Below, piece by piece: positions 48,566-60,984 of a stretch of DNA of 64,000 bases. Source of the DNA: Candidatus Aminicenantes bacterium (lineage in GTDB: Bacteria; Acidobacteriota; Aminicenantia; Aminicenantales; UBA8522); the NCBI GenBank assembly GCA_963726335.1, contig CAVSCD010000004.1, positions 472,904-536,903 of the forward strand. Reading direction: 5' to 3'. Position 1 is the first letter of the stretch. Every line of letters starts with the position of its first letter. Under the pieces are notes generated by a model that searched no databases, was not told the DNA's origin, and worked only from the letters and a program-made list of their open reading frames with translations. A program made the translations under genes and the position numbers.

Positions 48566-49846
48566 TTAATAGGCCGAAAAATCCGGCGCCGTGCTCGAGA
48601 TCTGGGTCCAGCGATGGAACCTGCCGTCATAGAGCCATAGTCCCTGGGCGCCGAAGCTGACCGTGAGCGCCGTGTTTTGGCCGTCCCCCCAAAAGTCCCC
48701 CGCGACCATGAACACCGGGTTCTCGGCGCTGAGCTGGGTCCACGATTCGCCGTTGAATTCGTAGGCCCAGAGCCCATTCCCTCCGAAATCGACGGCCAGT
48801 TCATCGTCATTCATCGGGTAGTCCTGGTTGAAGTCGAACGGCTCGCAAAACCCGAACGGGTCCGGCGTCGCGGTACTGAGGCGGACTTCAATGCCGGGCA
48901 GGGATTCCGTGTAATGCCAATAATAGAGGCCCGGCTTGAAATTATCCAGGATGACGGCGCCCGGGTGGGGCGCGCCGAGGTTCGCGGCCACCAGCCGGTT
49001 GACATCATCCGCGCTGATCTGGATCCAGACCGGAAAAAGCCCCGTCGAGATCATCCAGAGGCCGAGCCCGCCGAAATCCATGATCAAATTATCACTGGTC
49101 TCGGAGTTCATGAACCGGCCGGAGACGTGATCGTCCTCGAGCGTCTCCGTCCCGGTGAGCTGCCGGAGTTCCGCCCCATCGTTGATAAAGCTCCAAACGC
49201 CCTGGCCGGGGAAGCAGAAGACCGCTTCACCGCTTTTGGTCTTCCAGTTGAGCCCGTGGACAGGCTCAAGGACGGACCCCTGAGCCCAATTCAGACGGTA
49301 GTGCCAGACCCCTTGTGAGCCGAAGTTGACGAAGAGCCGGGTTTGGTAACTTCCCCCGGCAAATCCCCAGACAGCGTTGGCCCCGCTGAGCTGGGTCCAA
49401 ATCCCGTTATAGACGTTCTTATATTCCCAAACCCATATACCCAGGTCGCCGAAATCGGCGGCCAGCCATTGGCCGTAGCTGATGATCCAGTCCGGGTCGG
49501 CGCCCGAGAGCTGCCGCCAGCCGCCGTCATAGAGCCAGATGCCCTGGGCCCCAAAGTCGCAGACGATCTGTTGCCGAACCGGCAGGAAACCGCCGAAGAC
49601 CACGCCGCGGTAGATGCCCAAGCCCGTCCCCGCAGAATTCGTCTGCCGCACATCCGGCTCGAGCGGCCGCTTGATCGCATCCTGACCGGTGCCGGGGGCC
49701 GCATCGTATCCCAGGATTTTTTCTCCGATGGGAAAGGCCCCGGAGGAGGGGAGCCCGACCGATTCCTGCGAACCCGGTTGGGCAGAGGCGTTCCATGCCG
49801 ATAGAAAAAGGACTGCCAGGAGAAACCCGGCCGCTGACTTCGACAT
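48566..49846 (-). CDS. Secreted repeat protein, paralog B (partner of 40558-41781)
   Basis: A signal peptide follows the MSKSAAGFLLAVLF start at 49846. A GGAGG SD is present. The six-frame ORF is over-extended to 50404. It is convergent with big2. Confidence 0.7.
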   Translation of the reverse strand: MSKSAAGFLLAVLFLSAWNASAQPGSQESVGLPSSGAFPIGEKILGYDAAPGTGQDAIKRPLEPDVRQTNSAGTGLGIYRGVVFGGFLPVRQQIVCDFGAQGIWLYDGGWRQLSGADPDWIISYGQWLAADFGDLGIWVWEYKNVYNGIWTQLSGANAVWGFAGGSYQTRLFVNFGSQGVWHYRLNWAQGSVLEPVHGLNWKTKSGEAVFCFPGQGVWSFINDGAELRQLTGTETLEDDHVSGRFMNSETSDNLIMDFGGLGLWMISTGLFPVWIQISADDVNRLVAANLGAPHPGAVILDNFKPGLYYWHYTESLPGIEVRLSTATPDPFGFCEPFDFNQDYPMNDDELAVDFGGNGLWAYEFNGESWTQLSAENPVFMVAGDFWGDGQNTALTVSFGAQGLWLYDGRFHRWTQISSTAPDFSAY

Positions 49847-50054
49847 CCTGAGCCTCCTCCGCCGCGCCTCACCCCGCAAAAGGGGAGGGGCGGCATTGGA
49901 AAAGAATATACGCCATTGTTGATCTAAAAATATCCCGGCCCGGCCGCCGATGTCAAGCTGTCGGCGCTTGACTTCAGCCGGCGGCGGGGAATAGGATTTT
50001 CCGCGGAACAAGCCGAAAGGCCGCCTTTTCCAATCGCCGGAGGGAAAAAGTCCA

Positions 50055-51418
50055 ATGACCCGCCATCCCGCAAGAAACACCCGCCGTCCTCTTACGAGAG
50101 CGCTCCTCGCCGGGGCGCTGGTCTCGCTCGCGGCGGCCGTTGCTGCGCCGGCAACGGCCCAGGAACCGAGGAAGAGCTCACCGACAGCGTCGACGGTCAA
50201 CGCGGCTGCAGTCTGTCTCCTCAAGCCCGCTCGCGTCTTCGGAGAGGACGGCAAAATCCACGACGGTTGGGCGGTGTTGGTCAAAGGCGAAAAGATCGCG
50301 GCCGTCGGGCCGGCCGCCGGGATCGCCGTCCCGGCCGGCGCCGAAACGATCGACCTTCCCGGGATGACGCTTCTCCCGGGTCTGATGGACATCCACTCGC
50401 ACATCTTTCTCCACCCCTACAATGAAACCCTCTGGAACGACCAGGTCCTCAAAGAGCCTGTCCCATACCGGACAATCCGGGCGATCAAACACTGCGAAGC
50501 CACGCTCATGGCCGGATTCACTCTGCTCCGCGACCTCGGGACCGAGGGCGCCGGCTACGCCGACGTCGCCGTTCAGCGGGCCATCAATGAAGGCCTCATC
50601 CCCGGACCGCGCCTGCTGGTGGCGACCCTCGCCATCGTGGCCACCGCAAGCTACGGGCCCGGCCCCGCCGGGTTCCGTCCCGACCTCATTCTTCCCAAGG
50701 GCGGCCAGGAGGCGAGCGGCCAGGCGGAGGTCATCAAGGCCGTCCGCGAGCAGGTCGGCGGCGGCGCCGACTGGGTCAAGATCTATGCCGATTACCGCCA
50801 CGGCGTGAGCGGCACGGTCCCGACCTTCAGCGAGGAGGAGATCCGGACGATGGTCGCGGAAGCCCGCTCGGCGGGCCGGCCCGTGTCGGCGCACGCCACG
50901 ACCCCCGAAGGAATGCGGCGGGCGACGGTCGCCGGCGTGGACTCGATCGAGCACGGCTATGGCGGCACCCCCGAGGTCTTCCGCTTGATGGCCGAGCGCG
51001 GCGTCGCCTTTCTCCCGACGTTGGCCGACCGAGGAAGCCTACGGCGAGTACTTTGAGGGGCATAAAAGGGGAGGGCCGCTGAGCCCGGGGATGGAGGAAG
51101 CCTTGCGCGCGTTCAAGTCAGCGCTCGAGGCCGGCGTCACCATCGGCCTCGGAAGCGACGTCGGGGTTTTCCCGCATGGCGAAAACTACCGGGAGCTCGA
51201 GTGGATGGTGCGCGGCGGCATGACGCCAACCCAGGCTCTCCTCGCGGCAACGGCGGTAAACGCCAAGATCATCCGGATGGCGGATCAGCTCGGCAGCGAT
51301 CCGGCCCGGGTTTCTGGCCGATCTTGTGGCGGTGCCCGGCGATCCGGTTACCAACATCGAGGCCGTCCGTGATGTGCGTTTTGTCATGAAGGGCGGAGTC
51401 GTCTACAAGCGGCCATAG
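50055..51418 (+). pseudogene. Amidohydrolase-family metal-dependent hydrolase, interrupted by two apparent 1-bp frameshifts (~51027-51032 and ~51295-51310)
   Basis: 'PGLMDIHSHIF' metal-binding motif. The protein continues in other frames: '...FLPTLAD|[12 protein letters not shown]...[11 protein letters not shown]' then '...MADQLGS|[39 protein letters not shown]', a typical amidohydrolase C-terminus. Confidence 0.65.
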
Positions 51419-51538
51419 TTGCCGACAGGAAAAAGCCCGGAGACTGAACTGCCGCTCGCCGGCTCCTCGCGGCCGGCAGAGTCAAGTCGGCGACCAGTGA
51501 GATCCCGAGTCCAGACCGGCCGCCTCCGGGAGAAACCG

Positions 51539-51567
51539 TTTGACATTGTCCGCGTTGGCTTCTATAT
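51539..51567 (+). promoter_or_regulatory. Putative sigma-70 promoter (TTGACA-N17-TATATT)
   Basis: TTGACA at 51539-51544, a 17-nt spacer, and TATATT at 51562-51567. It lies ~64 nt upstream of the ATG at 51631. Confidence 0.4.
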
Positions 51568-51630
51568 TTCCTGCCAATGAGAAGCCCGCAACGAGGGCGC
51601 AACAGCGTAATCCTATAAGGACTCCGAAAC

Positions 51631-52437
51631 ATGGGCTGGTCATCCCGAAAGAAAACACATGCTAAAATTCGGCTGAGGGGAAGGTCCTGCGCGGTACTGA
51701 TTTTTTTCGGCATCTCCTTGGCGGCGCCCGCCTATGCGCAGGAGAAGGCCAGTGCTGCGGACGAACAGGTCCGGGAGCGCCTGAGCTACATCGAAGACGC
51801 ACTGTATTCGGGGCAGCCACGGGCGAAGACCTGGTGGTACGGCTGGATTTCCGGTTATTCCGGCGCAGCCATTGTCATGGGGGGGCTTGCGGCCGGGCAC
51901 TGGAACGATACGAAGCTCGATCCCGAAACCGAGATCGAGGTTCAAGACCGGGATTTCGCGGAGGATATGCTGGTCGGAAGCGCCACGCTCGCCCTGGGCG
52001 TGGCCGGACTTGTCATCGACCCGTTCGTCCCGGCTTACGGCCCGAACCGGCTGCGCGCCGTGCCTGAAGGAACGCCCGAGGAGCGACGGCTCAAGCTTGA
52101 AAAGGCCGAGGAGCTCCTGCGCGAATGCGCCAAGCGGGAGAAGGACGGACGAGGCTGGATGACGCATCTTCTCAACCTCGGGGTGAACGCCGCCGCCGGC
52201 CTGGTGACGGTCTGGGCTTTCGACAGGCCGTGGTCGGACGGCCTCCTGACGTTTGCGACGGGCGAAGCCGTCTCTCTGCTCAACATCTTAAGCCAGCCCC
52301 GGAGAGCCATGCGCGACCTGAAAAACTATGAGGTCAAGTACCTGGGAAAACAGGGAGCCTTCATCAACCCGGAGGGCAACATGGGAATTCAGTGGGCTCC
52401 CCGCCCCGGCGGAATCAGCGTCAGGTTCAGCTTCTAA
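51631..52437 (+). CDS. Hypothetical secreted protein (268 aa, C-terminal ...VRFSF)
   Basis: Signal peptide 'AVLIFFGISLAAPAYA/QE'. Internal hydrophobic segments. C-terminal aromatic residue. No recognisable family. Confidence 0.5.
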   Translation: MGWSSRKKTHAKIRLRGRSCAVLIFFGISLAAPAYAQEKASAADEQVRERLSYIEDALYSGQPRAKTWWYGWISGYSGAAIVMGGLAAGHWNDTKLDPETEIEVQDRDFAEDMLVGSATLALGVAGLVIDPFVPAYGPNRLRAVPEGTPEERRLKLEKAEELLRECAKREKDGRGWMTHLLNLGVNAAAGLVTVWAFDRPWSDGLLTFATGEAVSLLNILSQPRRAMRDLKNYEVKYLGKQGAFINPEGNMGIQWAPRPGGISVRFSF

Positions 52438-52562
52438 TCTCAGCGGGACAGATCATCGAGACCTGATCCGATGCCATCTCCGCAAATTACGATATGTGCA
52501 GTGTGTTCAGCAGGGGGACTCCTTGCCCTGTCCGTTTCGGGCCGGCTCCTGGGGAGGAGAGA

Positions 52563-53808
52563 TTGAATAATAAGGCTCGGGCTTACGCAACGTACGGCTA
52601 CCGTTGGCTTGTCCTCCTGGCGTTCGTCATCATCGGGCTCATGACCCAGGTTCTCTGGATCACGTTCGCCCCGATTACCGGTGCGGCGGCCCGCTTCTAC
52701 CACACCTCGGACCTGATGATCGGGCTGTTATCGATGAGCTTTATGATCGTGTTTATCCTGGTCTTTTTCCCCGCCGCTTACGCGATCGACACCTGGGGCT
52801 TCCGGAGGGCGGTCGGGCATCGGAGCCGGGTTGACGGCGGTCTTCGGTCTCAGCCGAGGCCTCTTTGCCGCGAACTTCACCATCGTCTTTCTCTCCCAGG
52901 TCGGGCTGGCCGTCGGGCAGCCGTTTGTCATCGGCGCGATCACCAAGGTCGCCGCCCGTTGGTTCCCCGCGGAAGAGAGGGCGACGGCTTCCGCCCTGGG
53001 GACTCTCGCCTTGTATCTGGGGCCGCTCATCGCGATGTTCCTCACCCCTTATCTTTCCCTCCGCCTCGGGATACCGCACACGCTCATGATCTACGGCATC
53101 GCCGCCGCGGCGGCGGCCGTCCTTTTCCTCCTCGTCGCCCGCGAGCGCCCGCCGACCCCGGCCGGCGAGGATGCGCGCGTCCTGATGCTCGAGGGACTCA
53201 AATCCATGCTCCGCCGGCGGGACTTCATCTTCCTCATGTTCATGTTCTTCGTCGGGTTGGGCCTGTTCAATTGCGTCTCGACCTGGATCGAAAACATCAT
53301 CCGCCCCCGCGGGTTCGGCGTCTCCCAGGCCGGTGTCCTCGGCGGCCTGATGCTCGCCGGCGGAATCCTGGGAGCGGTCGTCGTCTCTCTTCTCTCCGAT
53401 CATCTGCGGCGCCGGAAACCGTTTCTTGTCTTGGCCCTCGCCGGGTTGATCCCCGGACTCCTCGGCATTGCTTACTCGACAAGCTACGCGCTGCTACTGG
53501 TGTCGGGTTTCGTATTCGGGTTTTTCCTGTTGAGCGCCGGGCCGATCGGGTTTCAGTTTGCCGCCGAGATCACCCATCCGGCGCCCGAAGCCACCTCGAA
53601 CACACTGCTTCTGCTCATGGGGCAGGTCTCGGGGATCGTCTTCGTCCTGGGGATGGACGCGCTCAAGGCCCCGGGATCGGGGGCCATGACATCTTCACTC
53701 CTTATCCTGGCGGGGCTGGCCATCGTGAGCGCGGTTTTGGCGGGAATTGTCGGCGAATCGCCGGTGCATGCGAAATATCAAGCAGAGAAGGGAAGGGGCG
53801 GAGATTAG
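52563..53808 (+). pseudogene. MFS transporter with an apparent +1 frameshift near 52815-52823
   Basis: The N-terminal TMs are in frame with ORF 52494 and the rest in frame with ORF 52831. Removing one base from 'gggcatcgg' gives the continuous 'FRRAVGIGAGLTAVFGLSRG'. A candidate TTG start at 52563 follows a GGAGG SD. Confidence 0.55.
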
Positions 53809-53815
53809 GCTTGCG

Positions 53816-54884
53816 TCATCGAGGGGAGGGGTCGGGCGCGGACGCCCGGCGCATCACTTCAAAGGCCTCGATCGACGAATCCCGCGGCACCAGGCAACCC
53901 GTGCTCAGGATGAAGCCCTTGAGTCCGGCGGCGGCCCGCCGGGCCCCGACACAGGCTTCGGGCAACAGGTGCAGGTTGCCCGGCAGGAAAAACAGGGGAT
54001 TGACGTTTCCCTTGACGCACATGCTTTTGCCCAAAACCGACACGGCGGCACTCCAATCGGTGGGAGAATCCACGTCACAGCCGTCAGCGCCGGTCTCGGC
54101 GATGTCGGCCAGCATCCCGGTCGTGTTGCCGCAGATATGGAGCAGCGACAAGGCACCGAGCTCTCGGATGCGGTCGACCAGCTCGCGCTCGTAAGGCAGG
54201 ACGAACTCGCGGTAGGCGGCCGGGCTGATGAGACTTCCGGAAGCCATCCCTTCGCCGATCCAGATGAACCTCGCTCCGGCCCGGCAGATTTCTTCGGCCT
54301 GGCTCAGGGCTATTTCCTGACGGCGGCGCAGGGCCTGATGAACGCGGCGAGGATCATCCACCAGGGCGACCATCAGTCTTTCCAGTCCGACGAGGAAGCC
54401 GAGCTGCGAGAACGCGCCAGTCAAACCGACGCAGACCGCCGCCCGGGCTTTAACCTCATCAGGGATAGCCCGATACGTCTCCAGCATGCCCGGGTGGAAA
54501 AGCGCGGCCCGGGCAGAGGCGCGGATCTTCGAGCGAATCAATATCGGTCCGAAAGACCGAGGCAACGTCGTTCGTGCCAAACCGGACTTCCAAGCACTCG
54601 TCAAGAAGCAACCGGAAGCCGGATTCAAAGGGTGTCGCCAGGGCCGCTTGTTCAGGACTGAAACACAAATTAATGTAGACCCCGTCGATGGGCAACCGTT
54701 CGAGGCCGTGCACGAGGGCCCGGGCGTGCGCGGCGGTATCAAGCTGCACTTCCGACAGTGGAATACCGCTGAAGGCGCCGGCAAAAACCAGATCGACGAG
54801 CGGAAAACACGGGGTTCGCTCGACGCTCTGCCGCAAAAGGGCCCGTTCTATGAGAGTATGACTATCGGACACAATGCGTATCAT
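53816..54884 (-). pseudogene. Uroporphyrinogen decarboxylase (URO-D)/MtaA-like family protein with an apparent frameshift near 54545-54560
   Basis: The N-terminal part (ORF 54459-54884: 'VQLDTAAHARALVHGLERLPIDGV') and the C-terminal part (ORF 53816-54784: 'GARFIWIGEGMASGSLISPAAYREFVLPYEREL...LHICGNTTGMLADIAETGADGCDVD') are both URO-D-like. They lie in different frames. Confidence 0.5.
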
Positions 54885-55038
54885 CTTCCGGATGTCTCAG
54901 CCTCCTGGGCGCCAGGATCTTCAAATCCCGGCTTAGCATTGGTTTGATTTTCACCCAAGCGGATCATCTTTGGCAAGCCCGAGAGCGTCCATGGCCGTCC
55001 CGGGGAAGCTCATCTCGGCCCCGCGCCGGTTGCCGACG

Positions 55039-56586
55039 TCACTTCTTGAGGTCGGCCTCGACGAAGCGCCGGGCCAGCGCCTCGGAATCGCCGTAAAGGT
55101 TCTGAAGTCGGGAGAGCTCGCCCTCGAGCTCGCGGCGGACCGAGGCATAAGCCGGGTCGGCATAGACGTTCCGGAGCTCTCGCGGGTCCTCCGCGAGGTC
55201 ATAGAGCTCCCAGGCGTCGATGTCATGATAAAAGCGGATGAGCTTATACCGCCGCGTCCGGACGCCGAAGTGACGCTTGACCTGGTGGACGGCCGGGAAC
55301 TCGTAGTAATGATAATAGGCCGATTCGGGCCAGCCGGCTGCTTTACCGCCCGTCAGAAGCGGCAGGAACGACCTTCCCTGCATGGCCCCGGGCTTTTTAA
55401 GGCCGGCACAGTCGAGGAAGGTCGGGGCAAAATCCACGTTAGTGAGGATATCCCCGTTGACCGACGCGGACCGGATCTTGCCGGGCAGCCGCATGACAAG
55501 CGGCATCCGAAGCGCTTCCTCGTACATGAAGCGCTTGTCGAACCAGCCGTGCTCGCCCAGGAAGAATCCCTGGTCGGACGTATAGACGACAAGGGTATTC
55601 CGGGCCAGTCCGGTCGCTTCGAGCGCCGCCAGAACCCGGCCAACGCTCTCGTCGATCGCGGCCACGCAGCCAAGATAATCCTCGAGGTAGCGCTGGTACT
55701 TCCAACGGACGAGCGCCTTTCCCGTTAGCCCGGCCTTGCGGAACGCTTCGCGTTTTGGGCCGTAAGCGGCCTCCCAGGCTTCCCTCTGGGCTTCATCCAA
55801 CCTCTCGGGGGGCGGCCCGAGCTTGAGGTCGGAGTCGAGGGTCAGGTGGTCGCGGATCGTCATCTCCTGCTCGAAGGCGGCGCGGGACCGCGTCGCATAG
55901 TCATCGAACAGGGTCGGCGGCTCCGGAAAATGGACATCGTCGTAAAGCGAGAGATGGCGCGGGGCCGGCTGCCAGTTCCGGTGAGGGGCTTTGTGGTGGA
56001 GCATCAGCAGGAAGGGCCGCGATGAGCGTTTGCGCTTCTCCAGGAAATCGACGGCCAGGTCCGTCAAGATGTCGGTGACGTAGCCCGGGACCCTCCGGGT
56101 ACTGCCCATCTCGATCAGGTCGGGATTATAGTACTCGCCCCAGCCGGGGAGCATGTTCCAGTAATCGAAACCCGCCGGGTCGCCCTGCAGATGCCATTTG
56201 CCGAGGAGCGCAGTTTCATAGCCTGCCGCCTGAAGAAGCTTGGGAAATGTCTCCTGGGACCCGTCAAAGACCTGGGCGTTGTCGCGCAGCCCGTTGATAT
56301 GGCTGTATTTGCCCGTGATGATGGCGGCCCGGCTCGGGGCGCAGATCCCGTTCGTACAAAAGCAGTTCTCGAAGCGGACGCCTTCCCGGGCGATCCTGTC
56401 GATATGCGGCGTCGTGTTGAGGCGGCTTCCATAGCAGCCGATGGCTTGAGAAGCGTGGTCGTCCGCCATGATGAAGACGATGTTGGCGGGAAGAGGGGAG
56501 CCCGTGTTTCCGGGGGAGCCGCACCGTGTCAAGGGGATGGCCAGCGAAGCCAGGCCGACGGACTTCACAAAATCGCGTCTTTTCAT
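55039..56586 (-). CDS. Sulfatase (formylglycine-dependent arylsulfatase family), secreted
   Basis: Sulfatase signature 'CAPSRAA' (C-x-P-S-R). 'IMADDHA' is present. The N-terminal 'RRDFVKSVGLASLA' is a TAT-like signal. Confidence 0.85.
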   Translation of the reverse strand: MKRRDFVKSVGLASLAIPLTRCGSPGNTGSPLPANIVFIMADDHASQAIGCYGSRLNTTPHIDRIAREGVRFENCFCTNGICAPSRAAIITGKYSHINGLRDNAQVFDGSQETFPKLLQAAGYETALLGKWHLQGDPAGFDYWNMLPGWGEYYNPDLIEMGSTRRVPGYVTDILTDLAVDFLEKRKRSSRPFLLMLHHKAPHRNWQPAPRHLSLYDDVHFPEPPTLFDDYATRSRAAFEQEMTIRDHLTLDSDLKLGPPPERLDEAQREAWEAAYGPKREAFRKAGLTGKALVRWKYQRYLEDYLGCVAAIDESVGRVLAALEATGLARNTLVVYTSDQGFFLGEHGWFDKRFMYEEALRMPLVMRLPGKIRSASVNGDILTNVDFAPTFLDCAGLKKPGAMQGRSFLPLLTGGKAAGWPESAYYHYYEFPAVHQVKRHFGVRTRRYKLIRFYHDIDAWELYDLAEDPRELRNVYADPAYASVRRELEGELSRLQNLYGDSEALARRFVEADLKK

Positions 56587-56793
56587 GTGTTTCTCCTCGG
56601 GGCTTATAACACAGCGATTGCCAGGGGGTCAAAAAACAGGCGGGGGGACGGATGCCGACCATGCTGAATTTCATTGACAATAAAAATTAAAGTTCATAGA
56701 ATTCAGTCACAGATCGAAATGTTTTCTCCTTTCCGTTGACCCGATCAACGGAGGGAGCGCGGCCGACGGAAAGACCGTCGGTCGAAAGGAGGA

Positions 56794-58151
56794 GTGGTGA
56801 GTAAAAGTCTACGGGTTTTAGCAGCCATCGCGCTGCTCGTGACGGGAGTGGCGCTGGCTTCGGCCGCGCCGCGCAATTACCTGATCGTGGCCAAGGCCCA
56901 AGGCCAGGGGAGCGCCGATCTCGAAGACGCGGTCGCCGCAGCGGGAGGCCTGATCACGGCCAAGATCCCGGAGATCGGGGTCGTGCTGGCGTCGTCCGAC
57001 AACCCCAATTTCCTGAAGCAGATCGTGAGGATTGCCCGGGTGCAGCAGGCCGCCGAGGACATCGAAGTCCAGTGGATCAACAACGAGCAGAACGTTGAGG
57101 CCGTCGAATCCGATCTGCAGGTCACCGGAGTGAACTCCGAGCCCTATTGGGGCTACCAGTGGAATATCCGCCAGATTCTCGCCGATCAAACGGCCGCCAA
57201 CGGCGATCTGGGCTGGGGCGTCGTACGCGCCAGGGTGGCTGTGCTCGACAGCGGAATTGTGACTACGCACCCCCGATATCGCGCCTAATCTCAACCGCTT
57301 TTAAGCAGCTCGTTCGTACCCACTGAGCCAGACCGTCAATCCACCCTATGGTGCGTTTTCAACCATGGGACACACGTGGCTGGGATCATAGCCGCGCCGA
57401 TCAATGACTGGGGTAACCAGGGCGTCGCACCCTTAGCCGAAATCGTCGCCGTCAAGGTGCTAAATGCAGCTGGGAGCGGGGCGTTCTCGTGGGTCATTCA
57501 GGGAATCATGTACGCCTCAGGCCCGCTGTTCAAAGCCGATATCATCAATATGAGTCTGGGCACAACTTTCGACCGCATCAATCCGGCGGCGGGGGAGCCG
57601 GCCCCCTGATCGCCGCGCTCAACCGCGCGATCAACTACGCCACGGCGGCTGGTACACTATGCATCAGCTCGGCGGGCAACGAAGGCGTCAACCTCAACAG
57701 CATGATCTGGTCGATCCCGGCCCAGTCGGGAACGGCATGGCGGTCGCGGCGACGGGCCCATCGACTTCTACAACCTAGGAAACTCGGCAATCTTCGATCG
57801 CCCAGCTTCGTACACGAACTATGGCCAGTCGGTTGTCAATGTGGCAGCGCCGGGCGGTGATTATACCCTCTACCCAGCCACGACGTCATACATGGTATAT
57901 GACATGGTGATCAGCCCGGGTGGCTAGGGTGATCCAAGCACTTTCTAATTATGTATTCTTCGCTGACGGGCACATCCATGGCGGCGCCTCATGTTTCCGG
58001 CGTTGCGGCACTCATCGTCGGCAAGTACGGCAAAATGTCACCGGCGCGGCTCAAAGCCATCATTGAGCAGTCAGCCGACGACATCCTCAAGCCCGGCGCG
58101 GACCCGTTTTCCGGCAAGGGGCGGATCAACGCCCATGAAGCGGTAGAATGA
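56794..58151 (+). pseudogene. Subtilisin-like S8 serine peptidase, fragmented into at least four frames
   Basis: Catalytic triad contexts are present but in different frames: 'VAVLDSGI' (Asp), 'HGTHVAGIIAAP' (His), 'SAGNEG' and '[15 protein letters not shown]' (Ser). They fall in ORFs 56794-57288, 57376-57609, 57489-57860 and 57951-58151. Local GC is lower than the surroundings. Confidence 0.65.
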
Positions 58152-58370
58152 CTCACGGCAGCGGTCGCCATTAACCTCGGGGCCGGCGGCTCTCGCCGGC
58201 CCTATTCTTTCTCGCCTCCTAAGTCTATTATCAAAACGCCCTAAAAACACATACGCGTATATGCGCTGTCCCGACGCCATCAAGCTCGGGTCAGTCCGCA
58301 CAATTCCCGATCCGGCTTGGGTTTTACACGGCCTCCGGGATGATGTAACATGAGCCCCCGTTGGCGATCC

Positions 58371-58444
<74 letters not shown>

Positions 58445-58646
58445 CTCTGTTTTCCCCATATAAGCGCCCTCCTTTCCTTTCCTCCGTTTCCACCATTTTC
58501 CATCATTCTTGACATAAAAGCCAAAAGGTTAGTGATAGCCTCTATCAGCAACTTGACAACCTTCCCATGCGTCCCTAACCTGAGCATGGAACAGCTGACG
58601 CTGCACGAAGAGAAATTGAATTATCTGAAAGCGCTGGGGAGGGACC

Positions 58647-59279
58647 ATGAAAGATAAGACAAAGAAGACGACGGCCAAACGCCGGACCATCTCGCGGAAG
58701 CCACCCGGCCAGGCGATCGCCGCCATGAAGACCTTCATCGAGTCGGAAAGGATCAAGGGGATAATCGGACTGGAGGATTCGAAATTCCTGACGAAGCATG
58801 ACCGCCTAGAGATCATTCTGAACATGGCCAGGAGAATCCGCAACACCGGCGGGCTCGATGAAGATGAAGCTTTCTTCTTCATGTCCATCGCGCTGGACCA
58901 GCTGGCGGAAGAACGAATCCTGGCGGACGCGGAATTGACCAGGATCAACGCCGCCATCGGGGAAAAGGAAGCCGGGCTGGCGGAAGCTGAATTCTGGCTA
59001 ACCGGGGAAGCGCCTGACGATGTCGAAGAACTTCGGAACATCTATGACGACAGATGTCGACAGGTCGAAGCCGACGTCATGCGGGAACTTGGGGAAGGCA
59101 AAATGGCGGACCTATACCTGAACGACGAAAAGGAATACTATCGCCGCCGAACCCGCGGGGCGCTTTGCGTTTATAAGGGAGACGAAGCAAAGCTGGAAGA
59201 AGCAAAGAAACTATTCCGGGAAATATTCATCAAGCACGGCTGGGAAGACCTGCTGCCGGGCCTTGGTATGAAGTCATGA
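58647..59279 (+). CDS. Hypothetical protein (210 aa, charged/alpha-helical) in a low-GC islet next to tRNA-Arg
   Basis: Clean ORF with a GGGAGGG SD. GC is markedly lower (~50%) than the window average. No recognisable domain. Confidence 0.5.
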   Translation: MKDKTKKTTAKRRTISRKPPGQAIAAMKTFIESERIKGIIGLEDSKFLTKHDRLEIILNMARRIRNTGGLDEDEAFFFMSIALDQLAEERILADAELTRINAAIGEKEAGLAEAEFWLTGEAPDDVEELRNIYDDRCRQVEADVMRELGEGKMADLYLNDEKEYYRRRTRGALCVYKGDEAKLEEAKKLFREIFIKHGWEDLLPGLGMKS

Positions 59280-59651
59280 TCGACAGAAACCGTACCGGTT
59301 CGTTCGTGATCGGAACATGACGTGAATTTAGGCGGACGATATGAATCTGCCGAAAACGACGTGATTCCGGTCTCAAGCGCCATTGACATATCCGCCAAAT
59401 TGGCCGATAATCGCCGTGACTCAAATGCGCAAGCTCGGCCAAGACGGACCGTTCGAAACCTGCCGCATGATAATGCCCGGCCCGGATGCGGGCGCGCCTG
59501 TATTTTAGCGCCGTATCCGGGAATTCCGGCCTCAAAGCCCCACTTTATCCGAGTTCTTACCGTACGATCGGCGAGGGAGGGGCTCAGGATCGAAGACTGC
59601 GTCAAGCTAAGGAGAGGTAAGCGCGCCAAGGCTCGGCAGCACGAGAATTGA

Positions 59652-60962
<1,311 letters not shown>

Positions 60963-60984
60963 TCCGCCGAGGAGGCATCTCCCC

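Noticed and set aside
54970-55728. 252-aa plus-strand ORF
   Set aside because: Antisense to the sulfatase gene, which carries the CxPSR signature.
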